A stretch of 64,000 bases of DNA from Nitrosopumilus sp. (GCA_965205215.1 OZ242041.1:320001-384000), one strand, 5' to 3'; positions 39,964-50,190 are shown, counted from the stretch's first letter. Notes: generated from the sequence alone by a model not told the origin. Numbers and translations: made by a program.

Positions 39964-41239
39964 CCGCGCCGATCAGCCTCCACCTGTCCGCAATCCTCCT
40001 GCTGATTGCCACGTGCCCGCCCTCGAACACGCACGCGGGGCGCTTGAGCTCCACCTCGATTCCGCCGTCCTTGGTGCGCGCCTGCTTTACCTGCCCCGGG
40101 ATCGGGGCGGTCCCGATGTTGAGCCTGAGCATCTCGCCGTTCTGGATGGGCTTTACCTGCACGTCCTCGGTGGTGCCGACTGCCGAGTCAAACAGGCTCA
40201 CGGACATCGCAAGCGAGGTGGTATTCTCAGGCAGCGTGCCGGGGCGCCCTATCACCGAGCCGATAAACGAGTCGCTGCGCGTCATGGAGGGGTCGAGCTT
40301 TGTGCCGATGGCCACGAGGCCGCCCGGCTTTACGGAGTCCACGGTTCCGGCCGCGGTCCCAAGCGACGTGATCTCGGTGACTAGCGGCTCGTATCCCGCC
40401 GCGCCCCTGTTCTTCTCGGACGGCACGCCCGGCTTGATCTCTATCTCGTCGCCCACCTTGAAGATCCCCTGAGTCAGGCTCCCGCCTATCACGCCGCCCT
40501 TGATCTTCTTGATGCCGGTTCCGGGGCGGTTCACGTCAAATGAGCGCAGCACGTGCATCACGGCGTCCTTCCCCTCGTCCCGCTCGGGGGTTGCGATGGT
40601 GGACTCTACCGCGCCTATCAGCGCGTCCACGTTCAAGGACGACTGGGCCGATACCGGGATTATGGGCGCGACCCCGTTTCCTGCGCGGGTCTCCCCAAGA
40701 AACCTCGCAATGTCGTCGTGGTTTGCCATCGCCTCCTCGTACGTGAGCAGGTCGACCTTGTTCTGCACCACCACGACCTGGGTTATTCCAAGCGTCTGCA
40801 GCGCCAGCATGTGCTCCTTGGTCTGGGGCCTCGGGACCTGCTCGTTTGCGGCCACCAGCAGCAGGGCGCCGTCCATCAGGGCCGATCCCGACAGCATGTT
40901 GGCCATCAAACTCTCGTGACCCGGGCTGTCGACAAAGCTAACGACTCGCGTAAGCTCGCTGGTGCCTCCGCAGTTGCCGCAGGTCGGGGTCGTCGAGTAC
41001 CCCAGGGGCTCCTCGCACGCGCCGCACTTGTAGAACGCCGCGTCAGAGTATCCGACGCGTATGGTAATGCCGCGCTTTAGCTCCTGGCTGTGCACGCTGG
41101 TCCACGAGCCGGTCAGCGCCTGTATCAGCGTGGTCTTCCCGTGGTCCACGTGCCCCGCCGTGCCGATGTTCACGCACGGCTGGTATCCGTACTTTTTTAC
41201 ATACCAGTCCGGTAGCGTGTCGCGCCAGTGCATAATCAT
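39944..41239 (-). CDS. eif2g: Translation initiation factor aIF2 gamma
   Basis: GHVDHGKT, RGITI, DSPGHE, NKVD, WRLIG. Confidence 0.97.
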   Translation of the reverse strand: MIMHWRDTLPDWYVKKYGYQPCVNIGTAGHVDHGKTTLIQALTGSWTSVHSQELKRGITIRVGYSDAAFYKCGACEEPLGYSTTPTCGNCGGTSELTRVVSFVDSPGHESLMANMLSGSALMDGALLLVAANEQVPRPQTKEHMLALQTLGITQVVVVQNKVDLLTYEEAMANHDDIARFLGETRAGNGVAPIIPVSAQSSLNVDALIGAVESTIATPERDEGKDAVMHVLRSFDVNRPGTGIKKIKGGVIGGSLTQGIFKVGDEIEIKPGVPSEKNRGAAGYEPLVTEITSLGTAAGTVDSVKPGGLVAIGTKLDPSMTRSDSFIGSVIGRPGTLPENTTSLAMSVSLFDSAVGTTEDVQVKPIQNGEMLRLNIGTAPIPGQVKQARTKDGGIEVELKRPACVFEGGHVAISRRIADRWRLIGAGVVAAG

Positions 41240-41278
41240 AGTGTCGATCCGACGTATGTTAAGCTTGGTTTTGCAGGA

Positions 41279-41692
41279 CTAGTCCTTGCCCTCATCTGAC
41301 TGGCCGGCCTCTGCGCCGCCGTCTGAGGCCTGTCCGTCGTCCGCGGCCGGCAGCTCGCCGTCATACCTGCAGTTTACCTGGTAGGTCTCCTCGGATATGG
41401 TGTTGCCGCGCACGAGCTTGCGGACGCGCTGCCCCTTCTCGGCGTCCTGCAGCCCCACCCCCTTTGAGAGCAGCACGTACTTGCGGGCGGCCCCGTGCAC
41501 GTCGCTGCGCATCGGGACTCCCGACTTGTCGCTCCCGCCCGTGAGCGTGAGTATGCCAGAGAGGCCGACGGCGTCCGCGTCCGCCTCGTCCCCAAGCTGG
41601 AGGCCCAGCAGCGGGACGGCGTCCGAGTCCTTTAGCTCCTTTGAGATGGACCTGCCCTTGGTATCGGATATGGTCACCTTGAAGCTTGCCAT
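41279..41692 (-). CDS. rps6e: 30S ribosomal protein S6e
   Basis: TGGSDKSGVPM, RKLVRGN. Confidence 0.96.
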   Translation of the reverse strand: MASFKVTISDTKGRSISKELKDSDAVPLLGLQLGDEADADAVGLSGILTLTGGSDKSGVPMRSDVHGAARKYVLLSKGVGLQDAEKGQRVRKLVRGNTISEETYQVNCRYDGELPAADDGQASDGGAEAGQSDEGKD

Positions 41693-41859
41693 GCAGGCGG
41701 GGCGGATCTGAGGCTAATAATCCTTTGGCAGGCGGGACCCCCAGTTCGCAGGCGGCGATCTGCCCAGAGCCGACGCGCAGATCCTGAAATCAAGCAATTC
41801 CTGGGTGAGTTGGAATGACTAGTGGTACACTTACCAACTGTTAATAACAAGTAATAACA

Positions 41860-43176
41860 GTGATGTGTATGAAGGCATGGGCGGCCGTACTGGTAGCAGT
41901 GGCCGTCGCTGTCACCGCCTCTTTGATGCACGGCGAGGCATATGCACAGACCGACATCAGGATCGGGGTGCTGTTGTCGCATCCCAACGACATAGACGCA
42001 GGCCCGTGGGGGGCAATGTTGCTTGCCGAGAGGGACCTGAACAGTGAATTTACTGCGATCGATAGCACGGTGACGCTCGAGAGGATCGACGTGTCGGACT
42101 TTGCCAACCCTCAGTCGATGGTAACGACGATCGCATCTGCTTACCAGCGGGGCTTGATTCACTTTATTGCGCCGAGCGACGAGGTCGCTCTTGGCGCCGT
42201 AAAGGGGACCGTAGACGCGCTTGCTGCAGGCCTGATCCCGGGCGCTGAAGGCCTGAGCCCGGTCGCGGCAAGTTCCATACTGATATCGCCAAAGTCCCAG
42301 ACGGTCGTCCACCCGTTGTACAACTCCGACGACAACCTCTTCAGGCTCACCCCGAACAACGACGAATTGGCCAAGGTGACCATTCCGTTGTATGACAAGT
42401 ACGGCACGGACAGGCTGATTATGGTGATAGATGCCGCAAGGGGGAGCTCCCCGTTCCCGGCGCCAGAGGCCGTGCGCGATCGCTTTGGCACTCCCTTCGA
42501 ACCACTCCTGGTCTACAGCGAGGACACGCCGAACAGTGGCGAATTGAACCTGCAGGCCGCCACTGATCTCAATAATCGATTGGGTGCCCTGATCGACGAA
42601 TACGGGCAGAACAGCGTAGGCGTCATGTTTGTCAGCGACGTGTACCACTACAACACCCTTGTCAACGTGATCAACGACAACCCGAACCTTGCCAACCTTG
42701 ACAATGTAAGGTGGTACGGCACGGACGCAATACTCGTGGACGAGGTCGCGACGGATCTGTCGATGGCCGAGTTCTCCGCCAGGGTGAACATGACCATCCT
42801 AGCGTACGAGATATTTGAGACCCCCATTGTCAACGAGCTAAAAGCCCTCCCGAATCCAAGCAGGCTGCACAACGTATACGCCAACTATGCCGCGTATGAC
42901 GCGGTCCACCTGCTGGCCAGCAGCATCTTGATAGCAGAAGCCGACAATCTTAACCTGAAGGAGACCATATTAGAGGTGGCCAACGACGACATACACGTGC
43001 TACAGCACACCACACGCCTTTTGGGCGAGGGCGCGCTGGGCGACTACAGCTTGGACCGTCAGACCGGCGATCTTGCCGTCGGGGCCGGGAACTTTAACGA
43101 GCACAGGATGGGCCAGAGCAACGGCGGCTACATATGGCTCGAGCTCGATGATAGGACTCCGCAGATGTGCCGCTAG
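41860..43176 (+). CDS. Secreted type-1 periplasmic-binding-fold protein
   Basis: Signal peptide; IRIGVLL, ILISP, DNLFRLTP, YAAYDAV, GALG..LD..TGD; no permease nearby. Confidence 0.72.
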   Translation: MMCMKAWAAVLVAVAVAVTASLMHGEAYAQTDIRIGVLLSHPNDIDAGPWGAMLLAERDLNSEFTAIDSTVTLERIDVSDFANPQSMVTTIASAYQRGLIHFIAPSDEVALGAVKGTVDALAAGLIPGAEGLSPVAASSILISPKSQTVVHPLYNSDDNLFRLTPNNDELAKVTIPLYDKYGTDRLIMVIDAARGSSPFPAPEAVRDRFGTPFEPLLVYSEDTPNSGELNLQAATDLNNRLGALIDEYGQNSVGVMFVSDVYHYNTLVNVINDNPNLANLDNVRWYGTDAILVDEVATDLSMAEFSARVNMTILAYEIFETPIVNELKALPNPSRLHNVYANYAAYDAVHLLASSILIAEADNLNLKETILEVANDDIHVLQHTTRLLGEGALGDYSLDRQTGDLAVGAGNFNEHRMGQSNGGYIWLELDDRTPQMCR

Positions 43177-43668
43177 GCAGGCAGGCCCGCGCCACGCACA
43201 ATTATCACTTTTGCGTTATAACCCCCATCGGCCCTTGCATGGAGCTTGGGCAAGCCCATGGTTTCCCCGCGCGGCTGCCGGATTCGGGAACTGCCAGCTG
43301 CGGCGCGCAGGCAGATGGCCTCATGAGCCGGTGCGTCCTGACACGCGGCGGACCGGCCGGAGCTTTCCGCCATGCTAATCGTGTGGATCCCAAAAGCACT
43401 CCACCGCCACGGCCGTGGTTTGTGAACATGCCACACATCAAGACCTACGTGTATCTTGTGGAACCTGTGGTATCCAAAAAGCCGTTCTCCCCCGGGGCCG
43501 CAGCGCACTCATACTCGGAATGGAGATCATCTCAGAATATACATACGGAGAGACGCTGTGATGTACGGCATGTCTACAAACTGCTTGGATTCAAGGGTGA
43601 GTCTGCTTGGGCTCCACACGACGCCAACGGCGCGGCACATTATTTAGGATGTGCCATAATTGTACCTC

Positions 43669-43818
43669 ATGCAAGTGGAGAACAAAGGTCCAGATGACAG
43701 TGGTGCGGTCGCATGCCCCAGGTGCAACCACGCCATGATAGAGATGCAGGCATGCCACTTGCTGTGCGGCAACTGCGGCTCCCATCTGGACTGCTCGGAC
43801 AAGGGCAGCTACTGGTAA
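43669..43818 (+). CDS. 49-aa CPxC zinc-finger microprotein; not in ORF track
   Basis: MQVENKGPDDSGAVACPRCNHAMIEMQACHLLCGNCGSHLDCSDKGSYW; TTATTTA about 25 bp upstream. Confidence 0.8.
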   Translation: MQVENKGPDDSGAVACPRCNHAMIEMQACHLLCGNCGSHLDCSDKGSYW

Positions 43819-43853
43819 TCAGAGGCGGCCGCGCGCCGCCGTCACGACCGCCA

Positions 43854-44027
43854 TCAGAGGCCGGGCCTGTCGGGAATGTAGTCGGTGGCCATGTTGACTG
43901 CCAGATCCTTCATGATCTCCAGGTACTCCTCGTATCCCTTTTCAAAGCCGCAGTGGGGGCACCTCACCACAGTGATGTCGTCGTCAAGCACGGCCACGCC
44001 CTCGCACTCGGGGCACTTTGCGTCCAT
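43854..44027 (-). CDS. 57-aa CPxC zinc-ribbon microprotein; not in ORF track
   Basis: MDAKCPECEGVAVLDDDITVVRCPHCGFEKGYEEYLEIMKDLAVNMATDYIPDRPGL; TTAAATA about 25 bp upstream. Confidence 0.82.
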   Translation of the reverse strand: MDAKCPECEGVAVLDDDITVVRCPHCGFEKGYEEYLEIMKDLAVNMATDYIPDRPGL

Positions 44028-44082
44028 ACCCACGTGACATGGCCAAGATATTTAATCATAGGGTACAGCACAGAAAGCGCGG

Positions 44083-44159
44083 GCGGAGTTAGTTTAGCTC
44101 GGTATGACGTCAGCTTCCCAAGCTGAAGGCCGCGGGTTCGAATCCCGCACTCCGCACCA
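44083..44159 (+). tRNA. tRNA-Gly (CCC)
   Basis: Acceptor gcggagt/actccgc, anticodon arm tcagc-ttCCCaa-gctga, T loop gttcgaat, encoded CCA. Confidence 0.96.
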
Positions 44160-44162
44160 CCA

Positions 44163-45149
44163 TCAGTTAGACAGCTCCCTTATCGCCTGCTCTATGGCCC
44201 CCCTGTCGGGCGCGCTTGGCAGCTGCTTTAGGTACGCGTGCAGGTCCTCCAGCGTCCCCTCCCGGTCGCCCTGCTTTTCGCGCAGGTACGCGCGGTTCTT
44301 GTAGATGCGGGCGGATCTCTTCGGGTTTATCCCTATCGCCTTTGTATAGTACGACTCGGCCTTGGCAGACTCGCCCCTCTTCAAATAATAGTTGCCGAGG
44401 CCGTTGTGCGCGAGGAACGCGCTGCCGTTTGCGCGTATGCACCGCTCGTAGTATCCGACGCACTCGGGCAGGCCCTGCTCGTTGCACAGGCCGCCGAGCA
44501 TCTGCAGGGCAGTCGGGTTCTCCGGATCCATCTCTAGCGCCTCCTTCAGCGAGCCGGACGCGCCAGACTTGTCACCCAGTATCATCGCCCTCTCCGCGTC
44601 AAAGCACAGCCTGCACGCCACGCTTACCTGCGCCGAGATCCGCATCGGCAGGGGGGAGATGCTCTCCGGGGGCGCCACCAGAATCATCAGCCTGCCCTCC
44701 TCGGACCACTCCCGGTCAAACACATTGGCGGGTATCGCGCCCTCCTGCTGGTCGCCCTCCTCGTTTCCCTTTTGCACGTAGTGGTACACCGCGTCGTCCC
44801 CGTACCCGGATATCACGGACGCGTGCTGGGTAATCTCCGGGCTGCCCGGGATCCCGGGCAGCATCACTATGGGCGGGATGCCCGCGTCAATGGCGGTTCT
44901 GAGCCCCTGCATGTCGGAGTGCAGCATCACGCACGCCAGGCCGTGCCGTTCTGCAAGCTCGACACCCTCTATTATGATGCCGCCCTCAAACGAGGGATAC
45001 CTCTTTGCGGCCTCGACTGCCTCTGCCATCGGAAGCGGCACGTTCCAGTACGTGGACACTACGTTGATCGGCAGCGGCAGCGACACGAGCTCCTCGCTTA
45101 CCAGCGGCAGGAAGAGCACGCGGTCGCTGCTGTCATCGGTGGCCGACAT
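44163..45149 (-). CDS. TPR protein with N-terminal C39-peptidase-like domain
   Basis: C-terminal TPRs (AHNGLGNYY, IYKNRAY); N-terminal YW..., IDAGIPPIV, HASVISGY, FDREW. Confidence 0.72.
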   Translation of the reverse strand: MSATDDSSDRVLFLPLVSEELVSLPLPINVVSTYWNVPLPMAEAVEAAKRYPSFEGGIIIEGVELAERHGLACVMLHSDMQGLRTAIDAGIPPIVMLPGIPGSPEITQHASVISGYGDDAVYHYVQKGNEEGDQQEGAIPANVFDREWSEEGRLMILVAPPESISPLPMRISAQVSVACRLCFDAERAMILGDKSGASGSLKEALEMDPENPTALQMLGGLCNEQGLPECVGYYERCIRANGSAFLAHNGLGNYYLKRGESAKAESYYTKAIGINPKRSARIYKNRAYLREKQGDREGTLEDLHAYLKQLPSAPDRGAIEQAIRELSN

Positions 45150-45248
45150 GGGGTTCCGGTACTACGGAGTTATTAAAATCGTTCAGCGTTGCGGCGGCCG
45201 CGGCCGCGGCATCACGGTAATGGTGGCAGGGTTGCGGCGGCCGCGACA

Positions 45249-45821
45249 TCACAGCCCGCAGAACCGCTCCACCATACGGCGGCCGTCCCTGCTCATCTCG
45301 GGATGGAACTGCGTGCCGTAAACGTCCCTGCCCTTGTACCTGATTATCTCGTGCCTGCAGTCGGGGGAGCCCCCCACCGACTCGAACGCCGGAGGCAGCC
45401 GGGATATCTCGTACGTGTGGCTCTCAAAGACGTCGATACTGGCGCCCGCGTCCGGGGTGATCGGCGTCGGCTTTGACACCACGACGGCGCAGCGCATGTT
45501 TCTCTGCGGTATTTCGGAGCGGCGTATCGTCCCCCCCATGCACAGCGCCATGATCTCGGCGCCGTAGCATATGCCCAGCAGCTTTGCGCCCGACGATACC
45601 GCGTGCCTGACGACCCTGGAGTTCACCTCGTTTACCAGCCGGTCGTTGCGCTTCCGGCCCGACAGTATGAACCCGCCGTACGTGGGCAGCTCCTCGGCCG
45701 ATATCTCGGAGGGGATCACCCTCCTGTACGAGCAGTCGAACTTTTCAAGCACCGCTGCCAAGTCGTCGGTATACGACGAGCCGTTGTCCACCACCAGCAT
45801 CGTCGCGCCTGGCGCGGGCAA
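45249..45821 (-). CDS. Class I glutamine amidotransferase (GMP synthase A-like)
   Basis: VDNGS, LGICYG, SH, QFHPE. Confidence 0.88.
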   Translation of the reverse strand: MPAPGATMLVVDNGSSYTDDLAAVLEKFDCSYRRVIPSEISAEELPTYGGFILSGRKRNDRLVNEVNSRVVRHAVSSGAKLLGICYGAEIMALCMGGTIRRSEIPQRNMRCAVVVSKPTPITPDAGASIDVFESHTYEISRLPPAFESVGGSPDCRHEIIRYKGRDVYGTQFHPEMSRDGRRMVERFCGL

Positions 45822-48758
45822 CTAGATGCCGACCCCTACCGACACGTAGTGCAGCTCCGGCACGTTGTCCTTGATCACGATGGTGCCGATGTTTATCATG
45901 ACGCCCTCGTCGGTCTCCTCCTCCCAGATCAGGACGCGGTCGGTCCGGGGCACCACGAAGTCGTCTATGAACTGCAGCAGCGCCTCCTCCGTCTCCTCGC
46001 GGTCCCTGTCCGAGTAGAAGAACAGCTCGCCCTCGTTGAACGACAGCGGCACCGACAGCCTGGTCGGCTCGTCGACGCTCAGGTCGCTGTCGACGAAGAC
46101 CTGCCGCACTATATCGGCGCGCTCGTCGCGGTCCAGCTCCACGAACCCGTCGCCGACCTCTATATCGGTGGGGGTCACGCCGGACACCTTGCTCAGGTAC
46201 GCCTTGAAGGCATCCTCCTGCGTGTCGCCCAGTCCCACGAAATACTCGCCGTTGAACGCGGCGCCGACTGCCGCGATGGTGCCGAGCTGCGCCACCACGC
46301 CGCCCGCTCCCGCGGTATACACCGGGATAAAGTAAACGTCGTGCTCGCCCACGCGGTACAGAATGTTGTCGCCTATACGCGGGTTCCTCAGCAGTGTCTT
46401 GAGCTGCGCAAACTCGGGGTCGCGGTCGAGCGCCTCCCTGACGGCCGTGGGCCCTATCAGCTTTGTCGTGGAGTTGAGCGGCACCTCGTAGAACTGGATC
46501 TGCCCCAGGTTCGACAGGTCGTTCTCTACTACGATGTACCCCGCCAGGTTCCTGCCCTGCGAGCCCCTCAGCTCCAGCGACAGAAGCCCCAGGAACTCGG
46601 TCTGGTTGAAGCCCGGCGGCTTTGCCTCCACGTAGTACGTGTCAAGCCCGCGGGGAATCTCGTAAAACTCGTTTGCCTGGATGAACGTGTCGACGTCGGT
46701 TACGTGGTATATGTTGTACATCTCAGTCTTCCAGTTGAACAGCTCGACGGGATACCTGATCTGCTCCTCGAGCCACGGTGGCATGGGGCTGAACTGGTCC
46801 GCGTACTGCGCGGCGAACATCTCCGAGAAGAAGTCATCCCCGGTCTTTAGCAGCTGTATGTCCCCGTCGTACGAGTCTATGAGCGCGTACCCGACCAGCC
46901 TCAGGTACGGGTTGCTTATGGACCAGGGCACGTTATCCGTCTCGAACCCTATGATGAGCGGCACCAGCCAGTACGAGTTCTCGCCGTCCGTCACGGGCAG
47001 CGAGTCGAGCTCCTTGCCGAACAGGTCGTACAGGAAGTACGGGTAGAGGATCTCCATGCGGTCGTTGACATCCTTGTACCTCATCACGTGCACCGACTCG
47101 GCCGGAAACTGCAGCAAAAAGTTGGGCTCGAATATCCAGCTGAACGGGGGCCCCACGTCCAGGCCGCCCACCCCGGCGTACTGGACGTTCCCGAGCTCGT
47201 CGCTGCTCGTGCCCCTCGAGTTAGAGTAGCCGGACCACGTCAGCTCGAAGAGGCCGCCCTCCCCGTAGTATATCTCGCGCTGCTGGAAGAACTGGTCGCT
47301 GTCCACTATCTGGCCGTCCGTGGCCTCGAGCGTCAGGAAGGCGTCCGGCACGTGCGTGTATACCAGGTGCTGGTTGTACCACTGGTTCTCCGCGGACACC
47401 GACGAGGGCAGGATGGGCTTCATCGACGCGGTCCAGTACAGCGTGTTGTTGAACCTCAGTATGTCGTTGTCCTCAAAGTCCACGTACGGGATCAGCCCGA
47501 TCTCCGGCTTTAGCTTTGCAAACGCGGCCTCCCAGTCCCAAACGCGTATGACGTCGAGCACGTCGGCGTTGTCCACCGCGTAGTCGCTTATGTCGTTGGG
47601 CGAGACCGGGTTGAGCCTCACGTCGTGCGTGTTCTCGGTGATCTGGTCGAGCTGCCCCAGGTAGCGGTTCACGCCTATCTGCTGCGCCGTGTAGGGCCCC
47701 AGGTACTCTATCTTGCGGGCGTCGGCTATCGTGTCGTTCACCGCGACAAAGGCGAATACCGCTATGGATATGGCGAGGATCGTGAGGAACCTGACGTAGA
47801 CGTCACGCTTGAACATGTGGGTCAGGACGCGGGCCCGTATGCGGTCGACGGCGGAGAACGCCATGAGCGCCAGCCCGATTATCAGGACGCCGCCTATCTC
47901 GTACCTGGTGTTGTAGTCTATCTCGTTTGTAAAGAACATGTTGAAGCCTGCCCACAACACGGCTATGCCCACCAGCCCCTCTATGGTGGAGACGTAGTTG
48001 AGGTATCTGGGCTTGCCCCCGTCGGTGTCCTGCACGAACGACGTGATGACGTGTATGATGCGGTGCAGTCCCACGTACAGCATGAGCCGCAGCCCGATGG
48101 CGGCCAGTATAGGCGGTATCAGCACCACCAGAGCGGGTATCATCGGGACCACGGTCTCGGCCGCGTACGCCGCGTCCTCCGGCGGCGTGACGAAGGGCAG
48201 CGAGAACAGCGTGGGCAGGTTCTCCACCCCGAGCATGTCGCCGTCGACCAGGAACGCGACGGCGCTGAATCCGAACATTATGTTAGCAAAGAAGGCGCCA
48301 AACAGCAGCACCTTTGTTATCTGCCAGACCACGAAGGATGCTGGCCCGAGCCTGTACTCCGAGTAGCTCTGCAGGGTCTCGGATATCTGGGACTGGCTTA
48401 TTCCGGGGCCTCCGCCCCCAGCGGCGCCCGCCCCTCCGGCGGCGCCCGTGCCGGGGGCCCTGGGGCCCCTGGCGACGAACGCGATTGCAGTCTTGATCGC
48501 ATACCAGAAGATGGACGAGCGCGCCGCCATGTTTACGCGCACCAGCGCTATGGCGGAGAGTATGATGGATGATACGAGCGTATAGTACAGCGGCTTTGTA
48601 AACTGGTCGCCGAACTCTGAAAAGTTCATGTACAGAATTACGCCCTGGTTTCCGACCACGAGCATGGTGGCCACGGCCACGGCCGCCACTATGATGAGCT
48701 TCATGTACTTGCCCGTGTCAGGAGGAGGTGCCTGCTTGTCAGTTGTGGCGCTATACAA
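45822..48758 (-). CDS. UPF0182-family membrane protein
   Basis: N-terminal multi-TM region; IRVWD, HLVYTH, IYYGE, IDSYDG, QIRYP, YHVTD. Confidence 0.85.
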   Translation of the reverse strand: MYSATTDKQAPPPDTGKYMKLIIVAAVAVATMLVVGNQGVILYMNFSEFGDQFTKPLYYTLVSSIILSAIALVRVNMAARSSIFWYAIKTAIAFVARGPRAPGTGAAGGAGAAGGGGPGISQSQISETLQSYSEYRLGPASFVVWQITKVLLFGAFFANIMFGFSAVAFLVDGDMLGVENLPTLFSLPFVTPPEDAAYAAETVVPMIPALVVLIPPILAAIGLRLMLYVGLHRIIHVITSFVQDTDGGKPRYLNYVSTIEGLVGIAVLWAGFNMFFTNEIDYNTRYEIGGVLIIGLALMAFSAVDRIRARVLTHMFKRDVYVRFLTILAISIAVFAFVAVNDTIADARKIEYLGPYTAQQIGVNRYLGQLDQITENTHDVRLNPVSPNDISDYAVDNADVLDVIRVWDWEAAFAKLKPEIGLIPYVDFEDNDILRFNNTLYWTASMKPILPSSVSAENQWYNQHLVYTHVPDAFLTLEATDGQIVDSDQFFQQREIYYGEGGLFELTWSGYSNSRGTSSDELGNVQYAGVGGLDVGPPFSWIFEPNFLLQFPAESVHVMRYKDVNDRMEILYPYFLYDLFGKELDSLPVTDGENSYWLVPLIIGFETDNVPWSISNPYLRLVGYALIDSYDGDIQLLKTGDDFFSEMFAAQYADQFSPMPPWLEEQIRYPVELFNWKTEMYNIYHVTDVDTFIQANEFYEIPRGLDTYYVEAKPPGFNQTEFLGLLSLELRGSQGRNLAGYIVVENDLSNLGQIQFYEVPLNSTTKLIGPTAVREALDRDPEFAQLKTLLRNPRIGDNILYRVGEHDVYFIPVYTAGAGGVVAQLGTIAAVGAAFNGEYFVGLGDTQEDAFKAYLSKVSGVTPTDIEVGDGFVELDRDERADIVRQVFVDSDLSVDEPTRLSVPLSFNEGELFFYSDRDREETEEALLQFIDDFVVPRTDRVLIWEEETDEGVMINIGTIVIKDNVPELHYVSVGVGI

Positions 48759-48912
48759 AACCGAACTTGCTCATGGCTTGTTAAATTAATGTGTTGTCGG
48801 GTGGCCAACTATATAGATCGGGCGGTTATACCGGCAATGATTCGGGTGCGGCGTGTGCGCCGCGGCTGCGGGGTCGCTGGTGCGGCAATATTCAGAATCC
48901 GCGGCCGCCGCG

Positions 48913-50190
48913 TCAGTCCGCATTCGCGGCGGCGGCGTCGGTGGTGCCGGCGTCGGCCGCCAGCCGTCCGAACCCCTTGCATATCGCATATGCGGCCGCG
49001 TACACGGGCAGCTCCGCGCTCTCGCCTTCCTTGTAGGGCCCGAACCTTTTGCTCCCAAGGCCGAACCTGACGGGACAGCCGCACTCGACTGATACGGTCT
49101 CGTCCGCGTCCAGAACCACCGCGTCCACGTACGGGTCAAACGAGTCCGCGTCTCCGGTACACGCCGTCTTCAACATCCCGCTCTTGCTGTTTATCGTGTG
49201 CGGCATGCGGAATATGCGGTGTATGTCGCCGGTAACCTGCGCGTCTATCCTGGCGCCGACGTCGCCTGACACCTCCCTGATTATCCCCTCGAATCTGGCG
49301 TACGCGGCCCCGGACGAGGTCTTGGACATCTCCGAGATGGTCTCGGCCCGCTTGGCCTTTGAACCGAACGCGGCCTTTGCAAACCTGCCGCGCCACCCCT
49401 TCTGGCCTAGGTCGGGCAGCTCGGCCTTGTCAAGTCCGGAGGTCTTGCGCATGCCAAGCGCCTCCGGTATCAGTCCGCTCAGCATCACGTAGCCGGCAAG
49501 GTCGGCGCGCGCCCTCGCGTCAAGCCCCCTGAACCTAGGATCCGACACGTGCACGTGGAACCCCTCGTTTCCAGAAAAGTATGTGGACATGTGATCCGGC
49601 CCCACCCCGAGTTCGTCGCGCAGTATGCGGTTCAGCAGGGCCACCTGCTTTTTTGATGCTGCTATGCACTTTTTGCACGGCAGCGACTTGGGCCTCACGC
49701 GGCCGGCCTGGCCGCACGAGCCGCACTCGTGCCCAGGGCTTACTGCTCTTTCCTCACCTGCTTCCCTTTCTCCTTCCTTTCCCTCTTCCTTCCCTTTCTC
49801 TTCCTCTTCTCTTTCCCGCTCCATCCAGGAGCGGCCGCACGTCTCGCATACCGCAAGCACGTGGTCCCTGCGGCAGGGCAGATCCAGATCCTTTGCGTCA
49901 ATGTCGAACACGAGGTCGGCCCCGCGCCAGTCTTTCTCCCTCATGTCCAGGTTTGGAAATGAATAGTACGAGTTTGAGCAGTACGCGTCTGACGGCACGG
50001 TCTTCATGAACATGACGCGCATCTGTCCCGCGTCCTTCACTTGGATGTGCCGCGTCATGCCCCCCACCCCCAGCTTCTGGTACCCGAACTCGCGGTGCAG
50101 GATGTCGTCGGGCACGGGGATCTCAGATATATGGTCATAGTAATACTTCTTGAACGCGGACTCTAGAAACTGTATGTCGCGCTCGTTCAT
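48913..50190 (-). CDS. priS: DNA primase small (catalytic) subunit
   Basis: REFG, LVFDID, FSGNEGFHVH, IDAQVTGDIHRIFRMP. Confidence 0.95.
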   Translation of the reverse strand: MNERDIQFLESAFKKYYYDHISEIPVPDDILHREFGYQKLGVGGMTRHIQVKDAGQMRVMFMKTVPSDAYCSNSYYSFPNLDMREKDWRGADLVFDIDAKDLDLPCRRDHVLAVCETCGRSWMEREREEEEKGKEEGKEGEREAGEERAVSPGHECGSCGQAGRVRPKSLPCKKCIAASKKQVALLNRILRDELGVGPDHMSTYFSGNEGFHVHVSDPRFRGLDARARADLAGYVMLSGLIPEALGMRKTSGLDKAELPDLGQKGWRGRFAKAAFGSKAKRAETISEMSKTSSGAAYARFEGIIREVSGDVGARIDAQVTGDIHRIFRMPHTINSKSGMLKTACTGDADSFDPYVDAVVLDADETVSVECGCPVRFGLGSKRFGPYKEGESAELPVYAAAYAICKGFGRLAADAGTTDAAAANAD

